From an uncultured Actinomycetes bacterium (GTDB taxonomy: Bacteria > Actinomycetota > Actinomycetes > S36-B12): a stretch of DNA of 33,449 bases. Below the pieces are notes generated by a model. The model was not told where the DNA came from. It was given only the letters and a program-made list of their open reading frames with translations, and did not search any database. Made by a program: the position numbers and the translations under genes. How positions within the stretch are numbered: position 1 is the first letter of the stretch; the number at the start of each line of letters is the position of its first letter. Location of the stretch: assembly GCA_913061025.1 (NCBI GenBank), contig CAJXUJ010000002.1:1-33449 (forward strand). The letters are read 5' to 3'. Positions 7,577 to 17,488 of the stretch are shown here, piece after piece.

Positions 7577-8409
7577 TGGGCGAGCCCATCAGTTGGTTCG
7601 AGGCAATCGTCCTCGGGGTCGTTCAAGGCCTGACCGAATTCCTCCCGATCTCGTCGTCTGCTCACATCCTGATCGTCTCCAGGATCTTCGGCTGGGGCGA
7701 CCCGGGGGCTGCCTTCACTGCTGTTTCACAGATCGGCACGGAGACGGCGGTGTTGATCTACTTCCGGCACGACATCGCGCGCATTGTGTCCACCTGGTTT
7801 CGCAGCCTGAGGCAGGCTGAACTCCGGTCCAGCCTCGACGCCCGGATGGGCTGGTACGTGATCGTCGGAACGATTCCGATCGCGGTTCTCGGTCTCGCTT
7901 TCGCGCCGATCATCGAAACCGCGGCCCGCAACCTCTGGCTCGTGGCGAGTGTCTTGATCCTCTTCGGATTGGTTCTCGGGCTTGCCGACCGACTCGGCTC
8001 CAAGGTCAAGGAACTCGATGCACTCAACGTGAAGGACGGCCTGCTGTTCGGAGTCGGTCAGGCGCTCGCACTGATTCCCGGAGTGTCGCGCTCGGGTGCC
8101 ACGATCTCCGTCGGTCTTGCGATGGGTTATTCGCGCTACGCGGCCACCCGCTACGCGTTCCTTCTCGCGATCCCGGCCGTCCTTGCGTCCGGTCTTTACG
8201 AGGCCACGAAGATCGGCTCCGATCCCAACGTTCAGTGGGGGCAGACCCTGGTGGCCACCGCCATCGCCCTCGTCATCGGGTATCTGGTTATCGCGTGGCT
8301 CATCCGCTGGGTGTCGACTCGTTCCTACATGCCGTTCGTCGTCTATCGCGTGGTGCTCGGGTCGGTTTTGCTGGTCCTGCTCGCAACCGGAGTGCTGGCT
8401 GCGACCTAG
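7576..8409 (+). CDS. uppP: undecaprenyl-diphosphate phosphatase
   Basis: BacA/UppP motifs VQGLTEFLPISSSAH and PGVSRSGATI in a polytopic membrane protein. The ATG at 7576 overlaps the upstream TGA (TGATG); a TTG at 7573 is the longest-ORF start. Confidence 0.92.
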   Translation: MGEPISWFEAIVLGVVQGLTEFLPISSSAHILIVSRIFGWGDPGAAFTAVSQIGTETAVLIYFRHDIARIVSTWFRSLRQAELRSSLDARMGWYVIVGTIPIAVLGLAFAPIIETAARNLWLVASVLILFGLVLGLADRLGSKVKELDALNVKDGLLFGVGQALALIPGVSRSGATISVGLAMGYSRYAATRYAFLLAIPAVLASGLYEATKIGSDPNVQWGQTLVATAIALVIGYLVIAWLIRWVSTRSYMPFVVYRVVLGSVLLVLLATGVLAAT

Positions 8410-9488
8410 AGCCAGCCGTTCTTCTTAAAGCCGCGGTACAGAAGCAAGCAGGTTATTCCAATAATTGTAAGAACCGCCGGATAGCCCCATGCCCACTTGA
8501 GCTCCGGCATGTTGTCGAAGTTCATGCCGTAGATACCGCCCGCGACTGTTGGCACCGCTGCGATGGCAACCCAGGCAGAGATCTTCCGGGCATCCGCGTT
8601 CTGCTGGAGGTCCTGCAAAGAGGTGCTGGCCATGAGCATCGTCATCAACAGGGAGTCGGTCGCCTCGACCACATCGTGTGCACGCAGTATGTGTTCACCG
8701 ATGTCCCGGAAGTACGGCTTCAGTTCCTCGGACATAGGGGAGAATTGCTCGTCCGCAAATTCGTGCGCAACCCGCACGAGAGGACCCACGGCACGCCGCA
8801 CCTCCATGTTCTCGCGCTTGAGTTCGTAGATGCTGCGGGTCACACCTGCTGACGGCTCCGGTGCGAAAACTTCGGCCTCAATGTCAGCGACGTCGTCACT
8901 GACTGCATCCACTACAGCTAGGTACTCGTCAACCGTCGCATCCATGATCGCGTACATGACTGAGAGAGAGCCGTGCTCACGCAGAGTCGGGCTCGTGCGC
9001 AGTCGATTGCGAACCGAGCGGAGGTCTCCATGCGGCCCATGACGCACTGTTACGGCGTATCCGGGTCCGGTGAAGATGGCTACCTGTCCGGTGTCGACCT
9101 CCGCCGACTGCGGGTCGTAACCGAGCGTCTTCAGGACCGTGAAAACGGTCCCGTCGTCCGACACATCAACCTTGGCCCGGTGCCGGGGATTGGCGGCATC
9201 CTCGACCTGCAGCGGTTCGAGGTCGAAGAGCTCCCGCATGGCCTGGAGTTCCGGCTTTGTGGGGTTCAGGAGGCCTACCCATACGAACCCGTTGTCGAAG
9301 CCCGCCGCTTGATCCGTCAAATCCCGCAATTGCTCCCGAATTGCTATTCCCGTGAGGTCAGAGTCGCTCGGAATTGAATGCGGGGTGTCATCCACCGCTT
9401 CTATTGTGCCGCCGGAATAGAAAGCACCTAAGCCCCTGATCACAGGTGCATTCTGCCGTGCGCGAAAACCACGGTCCCGGCGCTGCAC
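8406..9488 (-). CDS. corA: magnesium/cobalt transporter CorA
   Basis: 360-aa ORF with the signature YGMNF (GIYGMNFDNMPEL) between two C-terminal TM helices. The start is uncertain: GTG at 9488, or GTG at 9443 preceded by CAGAAT-N6. Confidence 0.88.
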   Translation of the reverse strand: MQRRDRGFRARQNAPVIRGLGAFYSGGTIEAVDDTPHSIPSDSDLTGIAIREQLRDLTDQAAGFDNGFVWVGLLNPTKPELQAMRELFDLEPLQVEDAANPRHRAKVDVSDDGTVFTVLKTLGYDPQSAEVDTGQVAIFTGPGYAVTVRHGPHGDLRSVRNRLRTSPTLREHGSLSVMYAIMDATVDEYLAVVDAVSDDVADIEAEVFAPEPSAGVTRSIYELKRENMEVRRAVGPLVRVAHEFADEQFSPMSEELKPYFRDIGEHILRAHDVVEATDSLLMTMLMASTSLQDLQQNADARKISAWVAIAAVPTVAGGIYGMNFDNMPELKWAWGYPAVLTIIGITCLLLYRGFKKNGWL

Positions 9489-9526
9489 TGCGTGTCGTGC
9501 CGGGTGCTCAAACGCTCACCAACTCC

Positions 9527-9532
9527 TAGGCT
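9527..9532 (+). promoter_or_regulatory. putative -10 hexamer TAGGCT, 6 nt upstream of the phosphomutase ATG
   Basis: TAGGCT-GAAGTA-ATG(9539) with no Shine-Dalgarno. Confidence 0.4.
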
Positions 9533-9538
9533 GAAGTA

Positions 9539-10231
9539 ATGGCCACAGTGATCCTCGTTCGGCACGGCCGCACGTCTGCCAACGCCACGGGCATCCTGGC
9601 CGGCCGCCAAGACGGCGTTGTTCTTGACGAAGTCGGCATCGATCAAGCGGTCCGCACCGCGGATCGACTCGCGGGCGTCACGCTGAATGGCGTCATTGCC
9701 TCTCCGCTGGAAAGAACCGTGCAAACCGCCGAAACGATCCTCGAACGACAAAAGCGCGGACGCCGTGTCCCGTCTCTCGAACGAGATTCCCGCCTGGCCG
9801 AGTGCGACTACGGATTGTGGCAAGGGCGCAGCCTCAAGGAACTCGCCAAGGAGCCGTTGTGGAAGCAGGTACAGGGCCATCCGAGCTCGGTGACGTTCCC
9901 CGAAGGGGAATCGATGGTCGCCATGCAGACTCGCGCCGTCGAGGCGATCCGAGAATGGAACGCCACACTCGGTGACAAGGCCGTCTACGCGGTCGTCAGT
10001 CACGGCGACGTCATCAAGGCGATCCTGGCCGATGCACTGGGGATGCACCTTGATCAGTTCCAACGCATAGCCATCGATCCGTGTTCACTGTCGGTGGTCT
10101 CGTACACGAAGATGCGTCCCTTCGTACTCCGCACCAACGATTCCGGGACCGATGTGAGTTTTCTGAGCAGCTCATCCCGAAAGAAGAGGTCCTCGGAGGC
10201 TGCAGTTGGGGGAGGGGCCGGACATGGATAG
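9539..10231 (+). CDS. histidine phosphatase family protein, MSMEG_4193-type putative phosphomutase (Rv2135c-like)
   Basis: 230 aa with RHG motif VILVRHGRTSAN and second motif VVSHGDVIKA. It is followed by overlapping DUF3090 and SCO1664-like genes, the conserved trio context. Confidence 0.85.
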   Translation: MATVILVRHGRTSANATGILAGRQDGVVLDEVGIDQAVRTADRLAGVTLNGVIASPLERTVQTAETILERQKRGRRVPSLERDSRLAECDYGLWQGRSLKELAKEPLWKQVQGHPSSVTFPEGESMVAMQTRAVEAIREWNATLGDKAVYAVVSHGDVIKAILADALGMHLDQFQRIAIDPCSLSVVSYTKMRPFVLRTNDSGTDVSFLSSSSRKKRSSEAAVGGGAGHG

Positions 10232-10793
10232 GCGCGTGTGGGAGTTTCGGCTCCCCGAGAGATTCGTCGTCGGTACCGTCGGGATGCCCGGCGAGCGAAC
10301 CTTCTATCTCCAGGCTAAGTCCGGGGACGAGATCGTGACCGTTGCGTTCGAAAAGCAGCAGGCAAGCGTTTTGGCCGAACGGATGGACCAGTTGCTCGAT
10401 GAGATCAATGGCACCCGTGCGCCCGAAGGGCTCATCCCCGACAGGCCGCCGGTGGAACTCGAAGACAATGCGCCCCTCGACCTGCCCTTGGACGAAGAGT
10501 TCCGCGTGGGCGCGATGGCACTCGGATGGGACGAGGCCAACAATCTCGTGGTGATCGAGGCGCATGCTGTCTCGGATGTGGAGGACTTCGAGCCGCCCGA
10601 TCTCGCGGATGACGATGCCGAAGGACCCGACACCTTGCGAGTCTGGCTCGCCGCACCCTACGCACGAGCGTTCGCCGAACGGGCCCGAAACGTCATCTCC
10701 AGCGGACGGCCCTCGTGTCCGTTCTGCCAACAGCCACTCGATCCGCAGGGTCACATCTGTCCACGCGCCAATGGTTACCGCAGACGCCAATGA
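10224..10793 (+). CDS. DUF3090 domain-containing protein (Rv2134c-like)
   Basis: N-terminus RFVVGTVGMPGERTFYLQA and a C-terminal zinc-ribbon-like CPFCQQPLDPQGHICPR. The ATG at 10224, with GGGGGAGGGG 7-16 nt upstream, is preferred over the TTG at 10206. It overlaps the upstream stop by 8 nt. Confidence 0.8.
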   Translation: MDRRVWEFRLPERFVVGTVGMPGERTFYLQAKSGDEIVTVAFEKQQASVLAERMDQLLDEINGTRAPEGLIPDRPPVELEDNAPLDLPLDEEFRVGAMALGWDEANNLVVIEAHAVSDVEDFEPPDLADDDAEGPDTLRVWLAAPYARAFAERARNVISSGRPSCPFCQQPLDPQGHICPRANGYRRRQ

Positions 10794-11569
10794 ACACCCC
10801 TGAGGTTCTGGAGTGCCTGGCCACGGAACCACTGAACGTGGACGGTCGGCTGCTGGCCGCGAGTAACGCCACGCTGCGATGCTCAACCGACTCCGACGTG
10901 TTGTGCGTGTACAAACCGCAGCGAGGTGAACGCCCGCTCTGGGACTTTCCGTCCGGGACGCTCACGGGTCGGGAGATCGCCGCTTATCAGATTGACTCTG
11001 CTCTGGGCTTCGGTCTCATCCCGCCCACGGTTTGGCGCGATGAGGGCCCGGCGGGGCCGGGAATGTGTCAACTGTGGGTCACCGAGGATGACGATGCTCG
11101 ACTCGTGGACGTGGTTTCTCCGGATGCTGTCCCCGAGGGTTGGATTTCGGTGTTGAGTGCAAGCGACGGAGCCGGCCACCCCGTGGTCCTCGTACACGCG
11201 GACCACGAACGGCTAGCACAGATGGCCGTCCTTGACGCAGTACTGAACAACGGCGACCGCAAGGGTGGGCACGTCATCACCGACAGTCTCGGAGGTATCT
11301 GGGGTGTCGATCACGGGGTCGCACTGTCGGTCGAGCCGAAACTGCGCACCGTGCTGTGGGGATGGGCAGGAGCGGATCTTCCCGACGATTCGATCAATCG
11401 ACTCGTCTCCCTACGGGAACGCATCGATTCCGGTTTCGTCGAGCTTGAGCCATGGCTGAGCGGCGCCGAGATCGACGCGCTGCGAGACCGCGTCCACACC
11501 CTCATCGAATCCGGGGAATTTCCTGTACCGAACGATGACTGGCCGGCGATTCCGTGGCCCGTTTTCTAG
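10790..11569 (+). CDS. SCO1664 family protein (PI3/PI4-kinase-like fold, Rv2133c-like)
   Basis: The kinase-like catalytic loop LNNGDRKGGHV is followed by WGVDHG. ATG at 10790 forms an ATGA overlap with the DUF3090 stop. The longest ORF (10715) would overlap DUF3090 by 79 nt. Confidence 0.8.
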   Translation: MNTPEVLECLATEPLNVDGRLLAASNATLRCSTDSDVLCVYKPQRGERPLWDFPSGTLTGREIAAYQIDSALGFGLIPPTVWRDEGPAGPGMCQLWVTEDDDARLVDVVSPDAVPEGWISVLSASDGAGHPVVLVHADHERLAQMAVLDAVLNNGDRKGGHVITDSLGGIWGVDHGVALSVEPKLRTVLWGWAGADLPDDSINRLVSLRERIDSGFVELEPWLSGAEIDALRDRVHTLIESGEFPVPNDDWPAIPWPVF

Positions 11570-11607
11570 CCACCCCAACGCCACCTGATCGCTCGATGCG
11601 ACGGCGC

Positions 11608-11613
11608 TAGGCT
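11608..11613 (+). promoter_or_regulatory. putative -10 hexamer TAGGCT, 6 nt upstream of the mshC GTG
   Basis: TAGGCT-CGGCCT-GTG(11620). Confidence 0.4.
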
Positions 11614-11619
11614 CGGCCT

Positions 11620-12852
11620 GTGGAGTCCTGGTCGGCTGCGTTGCCGCACGCCCTTCCCGGCCGCGGGCGAGAACTCGCACTCTTCGACACGTCGTCGGGA
11701 AGCGTGCGCCCCACGGCCCCCGGAAAACAGGCCACCATGTACGTGTGCGGCATCACGCCTTATGACGCCACCCACATCGGTCACGCCAATACGTACGTCA
11801 CGTTCGATCTCATCAATCGAGTGTGGCGAGATTCCGGACACGCTGTTCGCTACGTCCAGAACGTGACGGACATCGATGATCCCCTTCTCGAGCGCGCGGT
11901 CGCTACGGGTCAAGACTGGCGAGCGATCGCTGACCGCGAGACGGCGCTCTTCCGCGAGGACATGACGGCGTTGAACGTTCTCCCTCCCGATGAGTACATC
12001 GGTGCGGTGGAGGCCATCCCCTCGGTCGCGTCCAAGGTCGAGCAACTGCAAGCCTCGGGTGACGTCTATGCGGTCGACACCGACCTCTACTTTCGGGTGC
12101 GCAACGATCCTCGCTTTGGGTCGGTCGCGAACCTCTCGGAGTCGGAAATGATCGAGATCTTCGCCGAGCGCGGGGGAGACCCCGATCGGCCAGGCAAGGA
12201 GCACCCACTCGACTGTCTCGTGTGGCAAAGCGAGCGTCCCGATGAGCCAGCATGGGACACGCCGCTAGGCCATGGTCGCCCTGGTTGGCACATCGAATGC
12301 GCTGCCATCGCGCTGGACTACCTCGGACCGACGATCGACATTCAGGGCGGCGGATCCGATCTTGCGTTTCCACATCACGAAATGGGTGCCTCCGAAGTTC
12401 ATCAACTCACCGGCGAGTGGCCTTTTGCTCGCCATTTCGTGCATTCGGGAATGGTGGCCTGGCAGGGACACAAGATGAGCAAGTCTCGTGGCAACCTGGT
12501 TTTCGTATCGCAACTGCGTCACGAGGGTGTTGATCCCATGGCGATCCGCCTCGCGCTGCTTTCCCACCACTACCGCAGCGATTGGGCCTGGACTCCCCAT
12601 GGGCTCGAAGGGGCGGCAGAACGCCTTGCGCGCTGGCGAGCGGCGGTCGAACTGCCTTACGGACCGCAGTCCGACGCAGTCGTAGAACGGGTGCGAGAAG
12701 TCCTGGCCGATGACCTCCGTGCCCCATCGGCTCTCGATGCGGTGGACGATTGGGTTCATTCGGCGCTGACCGCTGGTGGTTCGGACCCCACTGCCCCCAC
12801 CGCAGTTGCCCACCTGGTCGACTCACTGCTCGGTGTCCGCTTGATCTCCTGA
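11620..12852 (+). CDS. mshC: cysteine:1D-myo-inosityl 2-amino-2-deoxy-alpha-D-glucopyranoside ligase (mycothiol ligase)
   Basis: 410 aa, CysRS-like, with HIGH (DATHIGHA) and KMSKS (HKMSKSRGN). The N-terminus [23 protein letters not shown].. is collinear with mycobacterial MshC as I recall it. GTG start. Confidence 0.9.
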   Translation: MESWSAALPHALPGRGRELALFDTSSGSVRPTAPGKQATMYVCGITPYDATHIGHANTYVTFDLINRVWRDSGHAVRYVQNVTDIDDPLLERAVATGQDWRAIADRETALFREDMTALNVLPPDEYIGAVEAIPSVASKVEQLQASGDVYAVDTDLYFRVRNDPRFGSVANLSESEMIEIFAERGGDPDRPGKEHPLDCLVWQSERPDEPAWDTPLGHGRPGWHIECAAIALDYLGPTIDIQGGGSDLAFPHHEMGASEVHQLTGEWPFARHFVHSGMVAWQGHKMSKSRGNLVFVSQLRHEGVDPMAIRLALLSHHYRSDWAWTPHGLEGAAERLARWRAAVELPYGPQSDAVVERVREVLADDLRAPSALDAVDDWVHSALTAGGSDPTAPTAVAHLVDSLLGVRLIS

Positions 12853-12904
12853 GAGCAGCCGCAGAAGTACCGAACATCGGGAATGAACCTGGGAGACTGC
12901 ATCC

Positions 12905-14543
<1,639 letters not shown>

Positions 14544-14551
<8 letters not shown>

Positions 14552-14852
14552 TCACGGCTCCAACGACATCCGACTGGCACGCATGCTCGAGGTCGCCGAA
14601 GCAGATCTGAATGCAGCCGCCGGCGGGACGCCGCTGTGCAAGGTCTCGATGACGGGAACCACGGGTCAGTCGGTGAAGTACTTCGAGGGCCGGTGGGCGG
14701 CACTGCGCGAGGTTGCCCGAGGTGCTGACCCGGTGGAGTGCTTTCGTCGGTGGCGCGAGGACTACGAGCGACACGTCTCGCAGGATTCCGGGGCTGCCTG
14801 GGTGCATTACTGCGCCGGGGGAGTCGACGCTCTCTTCGAACTAGTCGACTAG
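14544..14852 (+). CDS. hypothetical protein
   Basis: 102-aa ORF with high GC3. Its GTG start overlaps the pgi stop by 8 nt; an alternative ATG gives MLEVAEADL... No motif recognised. Confidence 0.5.
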
Positions 14853-14858
14853 TGCGCG

Positions 14859-15707
14859 TTAGGTGTCGGTGTTGCGCCGACGCAAGTACCGCTCGAACTC
14901 ACGGGCGATAGCGTCACCAGACGCCTCGGGAAGATCGGTCGTGTCCCGTGCCTGTTCGAGCTGTCGGACGTAGTCGGCCACTTCTTCGTCGTCCTCGGCA
15001 AGTTCGTCCACCCCGATCTCCCACGCGCGTGCTTCCTCGACCAGTTCACCGAGGGGAAGCGGAACATCGAGGATGTCCTCGACTTTGCGCACGAGGGCGA
15101 GGGTCCCCTTGGGACACGGTGGCTGACCGACGTAATGCGGAATAGCCGCCCACAGCGAAATGCTTGGTATACCGAAACGCTGACAAGCCTCGTGGAGGAC
15201 TCCGACGATGCCCGTTGGACCTTCGTAGGAACTGGGCTCGAGACCGTATGTCTCCTCGAGCGAGGCATCCGACGTAGCCCCAGTGACGGGCACCGGCCGG
15301 GTATGCGGATTGTCCGACAGCAGCGCACCCAAAGTGATCACCAAATTGATGTCGAGCTCCGCTGCTAGTCCCAAGATCTCCCTGGTGAACTGTTGCCACC
15401 TCATATTGGGCTCGATCCCCTGAACGAGAACCACGTCACGCGGGAACAGCGGGATCCGGGCCAGATACACCCTCGTGGCTGGCCATTCCAACTGCCGTAC
15501 GCCCGACGCGTCGACTCCGATGTGCGGTCGATTCACCTGATAGTCGTAGTACTCCTCGGAATCGAGCTCGGTGACGAACTCCGCCTGCCACACCTCCCGC
15601 AGATGCGTGATCGTGGCGCTCGCGGATTCACCCGCGTCGTTCCATCCCTCGAAGGCCGCGATCAGAACCGGATCGGTCAAGGCCGGTAGCCCGTCGAATT
15701 CGATCAC
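14859..15707 (-). CDS. PAC2 (proteasome assembly chaperone 2-like) family protein, Rv2125-like
   Basis: 282 aa. The N-terminus LTDPVLIAAFEGWNDAGESAS is typical of bacterial PAC2-family proteins, and the acidic C-tail ends RRRNTDT. The GTG start overlaps the stop of the upstream hydrolase (GTGA). Confidence 0.8.
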   Translation of the reverse strand: MIEFDGLPALTDPVLIAAFEGWNDAGESASATITHLREVWQAEFVTELDSEEYYDYQVNRPHIGVDASGVRQLEWPATRVYLARIPLFPRDVVLVQGIEPNMRWQQFTREILGLAAELDINLVITLGALLSDNPHTRPVPVTGATSDASLEETYGLEPSSYEGPTGIVGVLHEACQRFGIPSISLWAAIPHYVGQPPCPKGTLALVRKVEDILDVPLPLGELVEEARAWEIGVDELAEDDEEVADYVRQLEQARDTTDLPEASGDAIAREFERYLRRRNTDT

Positions 15708-16657
15708 CGGGCCTCCTGCTTCGGATCGCTGGTGCGCTCAACGACGGTTTCGATGAGACCGGCGACGAGGGCTGGCCACTGCAGTGGAACATCGTGCAGC
15801 GCGCCGTACCACCGCTGCAGGAAGAAAGCTGGTCCCAGACGACCAATGGCGGCTTCCCGGGCCTGGGCCCAGGCCCTGCTCATCCGGATTTCGGTATCGG
15901 CGCCGTCCTGCGACGAGTCGTCGCGCTCGGCTTCTTCGACCGCATCGTCAACCGCCAACGCGCGTTCCTCGCAGACAACCGCCCAGACCGGGCACCGAGG
16001 CGCCGCTATGTCTACGTCCGGGTCGTACGCGAACAGGCCATCAAGAACCGCCATATGCCGGTCCATGCCGAGTTTGGTCCAGATGTGTCCGGTGTCGTCC
16101 GTCCTGAAGGTCGGCGCGAGGGCATCACGGATGGACGCATCCCAGTAGGGGGAGAGGTCACCTTGCTCGATCGCCTGCCACAGCGACGGTTCGAGCATCC
16201 CTAGGGGCGGCGGCCGGAGAGCCTCGCGGACGTCGTCGGCGTCACCCGCCGCCCCCACCAGATGTCGGGGCCCGAAGATCCCCCCGTCGATGAGTACGGC
16301 CGAACGAATTCGGTCGGGGTGTCGGGTCGACGTTCGCAGCGCCACCGAGGCGCCCCAGGAATGACCGACGACGATCGCTTGTGGAATGTCGCAGGCGTCC
16401 ATAACGGCAACGACGTCGTCCGCGAGCCGGTCCATACCGAAATCAGAATCCGGCGTGGTCTGTGGGCCGCTGGCCTCACCATGTCCGCGTTGGTCGACCG
16501 TGATGACCCGAACGTTCCGTAGCCGGCCGACCACCGGATCCCAGTAATGCTGCTGTTGGGTCAGACCGTGCAACAAAATCACCGGAAGCGACGACGAATC
16601 ACCACCGTGGTCGTGGAAGACGACGACGGCTCCGTCTGACAAGGAAATCTGCATCAC
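15704..16657 (-). CDS. alpha/beta hydrolase
   Basis: 317 aa with oxyanion region VILLHGLT and nucleophile elbow GHSWGASV. Start is GTG at 16657 or ATG at 16654. Confidence 0.85.
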   Translation of the reverse strand: MMQISLSDGAVVVFHDHGGDSSSLPVILLHGLTQQQHYWDPVVGRLRNVRVITVDQRGHGEASGPQTTPDSDFGMDRLADDVVAVMDACDIPQAIVVGHSWGASVALRTSTRHPDRIRSAVLIDGGIFGPRHLVGAAGDADDVREALRPPPLGMLEPSLWQAIEQGDLSPYWDASIRDALAPTFRTDDTGHIWTKLGMDRHMAVLDGLFAYDPDVDIAAPRCPVWAVVCEERALAVDDAVEEAERDDSSQDGADTEIRMSRAWAQAREAAIGRLGPAFFLQRWYGALHDVPLQWPALVAGLIETVVERTSDPKQEAR

Positions 16658-16662
16658 GCCAC

Positions 16663-16668
16663 ACGCTA
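16663..16668 (-). promoter_or_regulatory. putative -10 hexamer TAGCGT, 5 nt upstream of the alpha/beta hydrolase GTG
   Basis: The minus strand reads TAGCGT-GTGGC-GTG-ATG. Spacing is one nt shorter than at the other sites. Confidence 0.3.
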
Positions 16669-16735
16669 GCGCGCCAATGGGCCCGGTGGTCTCGGTAGTC
16701 TCAGAACCACACCCACAGGTCAGGAAAGGCCCTTC

Positions 16736-17467
16736 GTGTCGTCCGTATCCCCGTCCCTATCGCCGTCTGTATCCCCAGGCGCGATTCCGGCGGCGGTCCT
16801 GTTCGACATGGACGGCACGCTCGTGGACAGCGAGCATCTTTGGCTCGCGGCAGAGATCGAGGTGATGGCTGACTTGGGGACCGCCTGGACCTCCGCGGAC
16901 CAAGAACACTGCCTCGGTGGGCCGCTCGAGCGCGTCTCGGACTACATGGTCGAACGCAGCGCTACGTCGCTATCGAGTCCAGAGGTGGGGCAACGCCTGC
17001 TGGCTGCAATCGAAAACCGAATGCGATCCGAACCGTTGGCCTGGCGACCTGGGGCTCTGGACCTGCTACGCGAGTGTCGGAGCCTTCGGGTCCCGACAGC
17101 TCTAGTGACGGCGTCCTGGGGGGTTCTCGTCGAGGCGTTGGCCGAGCGCATGCGCGACGAGGTCGGGGAAGCACCCTTCGATGCGGTGGTGGCCGGCGAC
17201 GACATCACCAACAGCAAACCCCATCCGGAGCCCTACGAGACGGCGGCACGACTATTGGACGTGACCCCGGCCCAGGCTCTCGCGATCGAGGATTCACCGA
17301 CCGGGGTGCGCTCGGCGGTTGCAGCCGGATGCGTGGTGGTCGCTGTTCCGCACATCGCGACTATCGATGCCTCGAGCGGTGCCCATCTCGTCACGGACTC
17401 GCTGCGGGGCCGCAGTCTGTTGGAGCTGTGGCACCTCGCGTCTAGCGATGGCACTGTCCACGACTAA
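16736..17467 (+). CDS. HAD-IA family hydrolase/phosphatase
   Basis: 243 aa with motif I LFDMDGTLVDSE and motif IV-like AIEDSPTGV. GTG start preceded by AGGAAAGG. Confidence 0.85.
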   Translation: MSSVSPSLSPSVSPGAIPAAVLFDMDGTLVDSEHLWLAAEIEVMADLGTAWTSADQEHCLGGPLERVSDYMVERSATSLSSPEVGQRLLAAIENRMRSEPLAWRPGALDLLRECRSLRVPTALVTASWGVLVEALAERMRDEVGEAPFDAVVAGDDITNSKPHPEPYETAARLLDVTPAQALAIEDSPTGVRSAVAAGCVVVAVPHIATIDASSGAHLVTDSLRGRSLLELWHLASSDGTVHD

Positions 17468-17488
17468 CGCAAATATCAGATTCGCGCC

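Noticed and set aside
9489-9538. Possible Mg2+ riboswitch (M-box) upstream of corA.
   Set aside because: The corA/phosphomutase spacer is only 50 nt, far too short for an M-box, and it holds no extended structure.
14864-14885. TGTCGGTG, the upstream half of the PafBC-dependent RecA-NDp-type promoter motif (TGTCGGTG-N8-TANNNT). It occurs here, and twice on the minus strand near 17920-17940.
   Set aside because: The position 8 nt downstream is ACGCAA (or GATGGA/ATCGGG at the other copies), not TANNNT. All copies lie inside coding sequence. No LexA-type TCGAAC-N4-GTTCGA palindrome was found either; the best half-match is TCGAAC-GAGC-CATCGA near 20648, inside arc.
16736-16790. Repetitive codons at the HAD hydrolase 5' end (SVSPSLSPSVSP), looking like a short tandem repeat.
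   Set aside because: This is an imperfect low-complexity Ser/Pro N-terminal tail within a single ORF. It is not a tandem DNA repeat array and I see no sign of slippage or phase variation.
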